This document shows positions 63,743 to 64,000 of a stretch of DNA of 64,000 nt, one piece after another (within the stretch, counting starts at the first letter, position 1; each line of letters opens with the position of its first letter). The stretch covers positions 56,854,001-56,918,000 of the forward strand of contig OX597830.1 in NCBI GenBank assembly GCA_951406725.2, read 5' to 3'. The translations under genes and the position numbers were made by a program. Under the pieces are notes generated by a model, which worked only from the letters and a program-made list of their open reading frames with translations, was not told the origin of the DNA and made no database searches. Source of the stretch: Octopus vulgaris (taxonomy: Eukaryota).

Positions 63743-64000
63743 TCATCATCATCACCATCATCGTTTAACGTCTGCTTTCCATGCTAGCATGGGTTGGATG
63801 ATTTGACTGAGGACTGGCGAACCAAATAGCTGCACCAGACTCTAATCTGATCTGGCAGAGTTTCTACAACTGGGTGGCCCTCGTGCCGGTGGCACGAGGG
63901 CCAGTCAGGTGGTACTGGCAACGGCCATGCTCAAATGGTGTTTTTTACATGCCACATGCACAGGAGCCAGTCCAGCGGCACTTGCAACGACCTCGATTGA
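63743..64000 (-). mobile_element. RTE 3' end running off the window
   Basis: (CAT)n CGTTTAACGTCTGCTTTCCATGCTAGCATGGGTTGG, as at 58940. Confidence 0.8.

Overview
AT-rich, repeat-dense eukaryotic DNA. The repeat complement (tRNA-derived SINEs, RTE, R4/Dong, Tx1, CR1 and Penelope elements, long (AAT)n arrays) suggests a coleoid cephalopod such as Octopus; this is inference only. The window is the interior of one minus-strand TRPM-family cation channel gene. I reconstructed 14 phase-consistent GT-AG exons by hand (62722 down to 11020; 1581 nt = 527 codons, from MHR1/2 to transmembrane helix S2), plus a possible 18-nt microexon at 3862-3879. Neither gene end is in the window. The introns hold decayed or truncated mobile elements: two L1/Tx1 ORF2 copies and an ORF1 piece, several R4/Dong RLE-type LINEs (one inside a ~1.3 kb + 0.35 kb (AAT)n array), RTE and CR1-like LINEs, Penelope GIY-YIG fragments, Helitron/Helentron derivatives, a decayed hAT (Buster/Charlie-like) transposase, MITEs, many SINEs and two unusual minisatellites. 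I found no convincing wholly new biological system. The best leads are SINE tails shared with Tx1 and CR1 LINEs, a probable non-autonomous Dong derivative, a minisatellite built from a LINE endonuclease motif, a 5-kb 70-bp satellite, and a TRPM that seems to have lost TRPM2-type ADP-ribose contacts. Repeat boundaries are approximate unless TSDs or TIRs are given.
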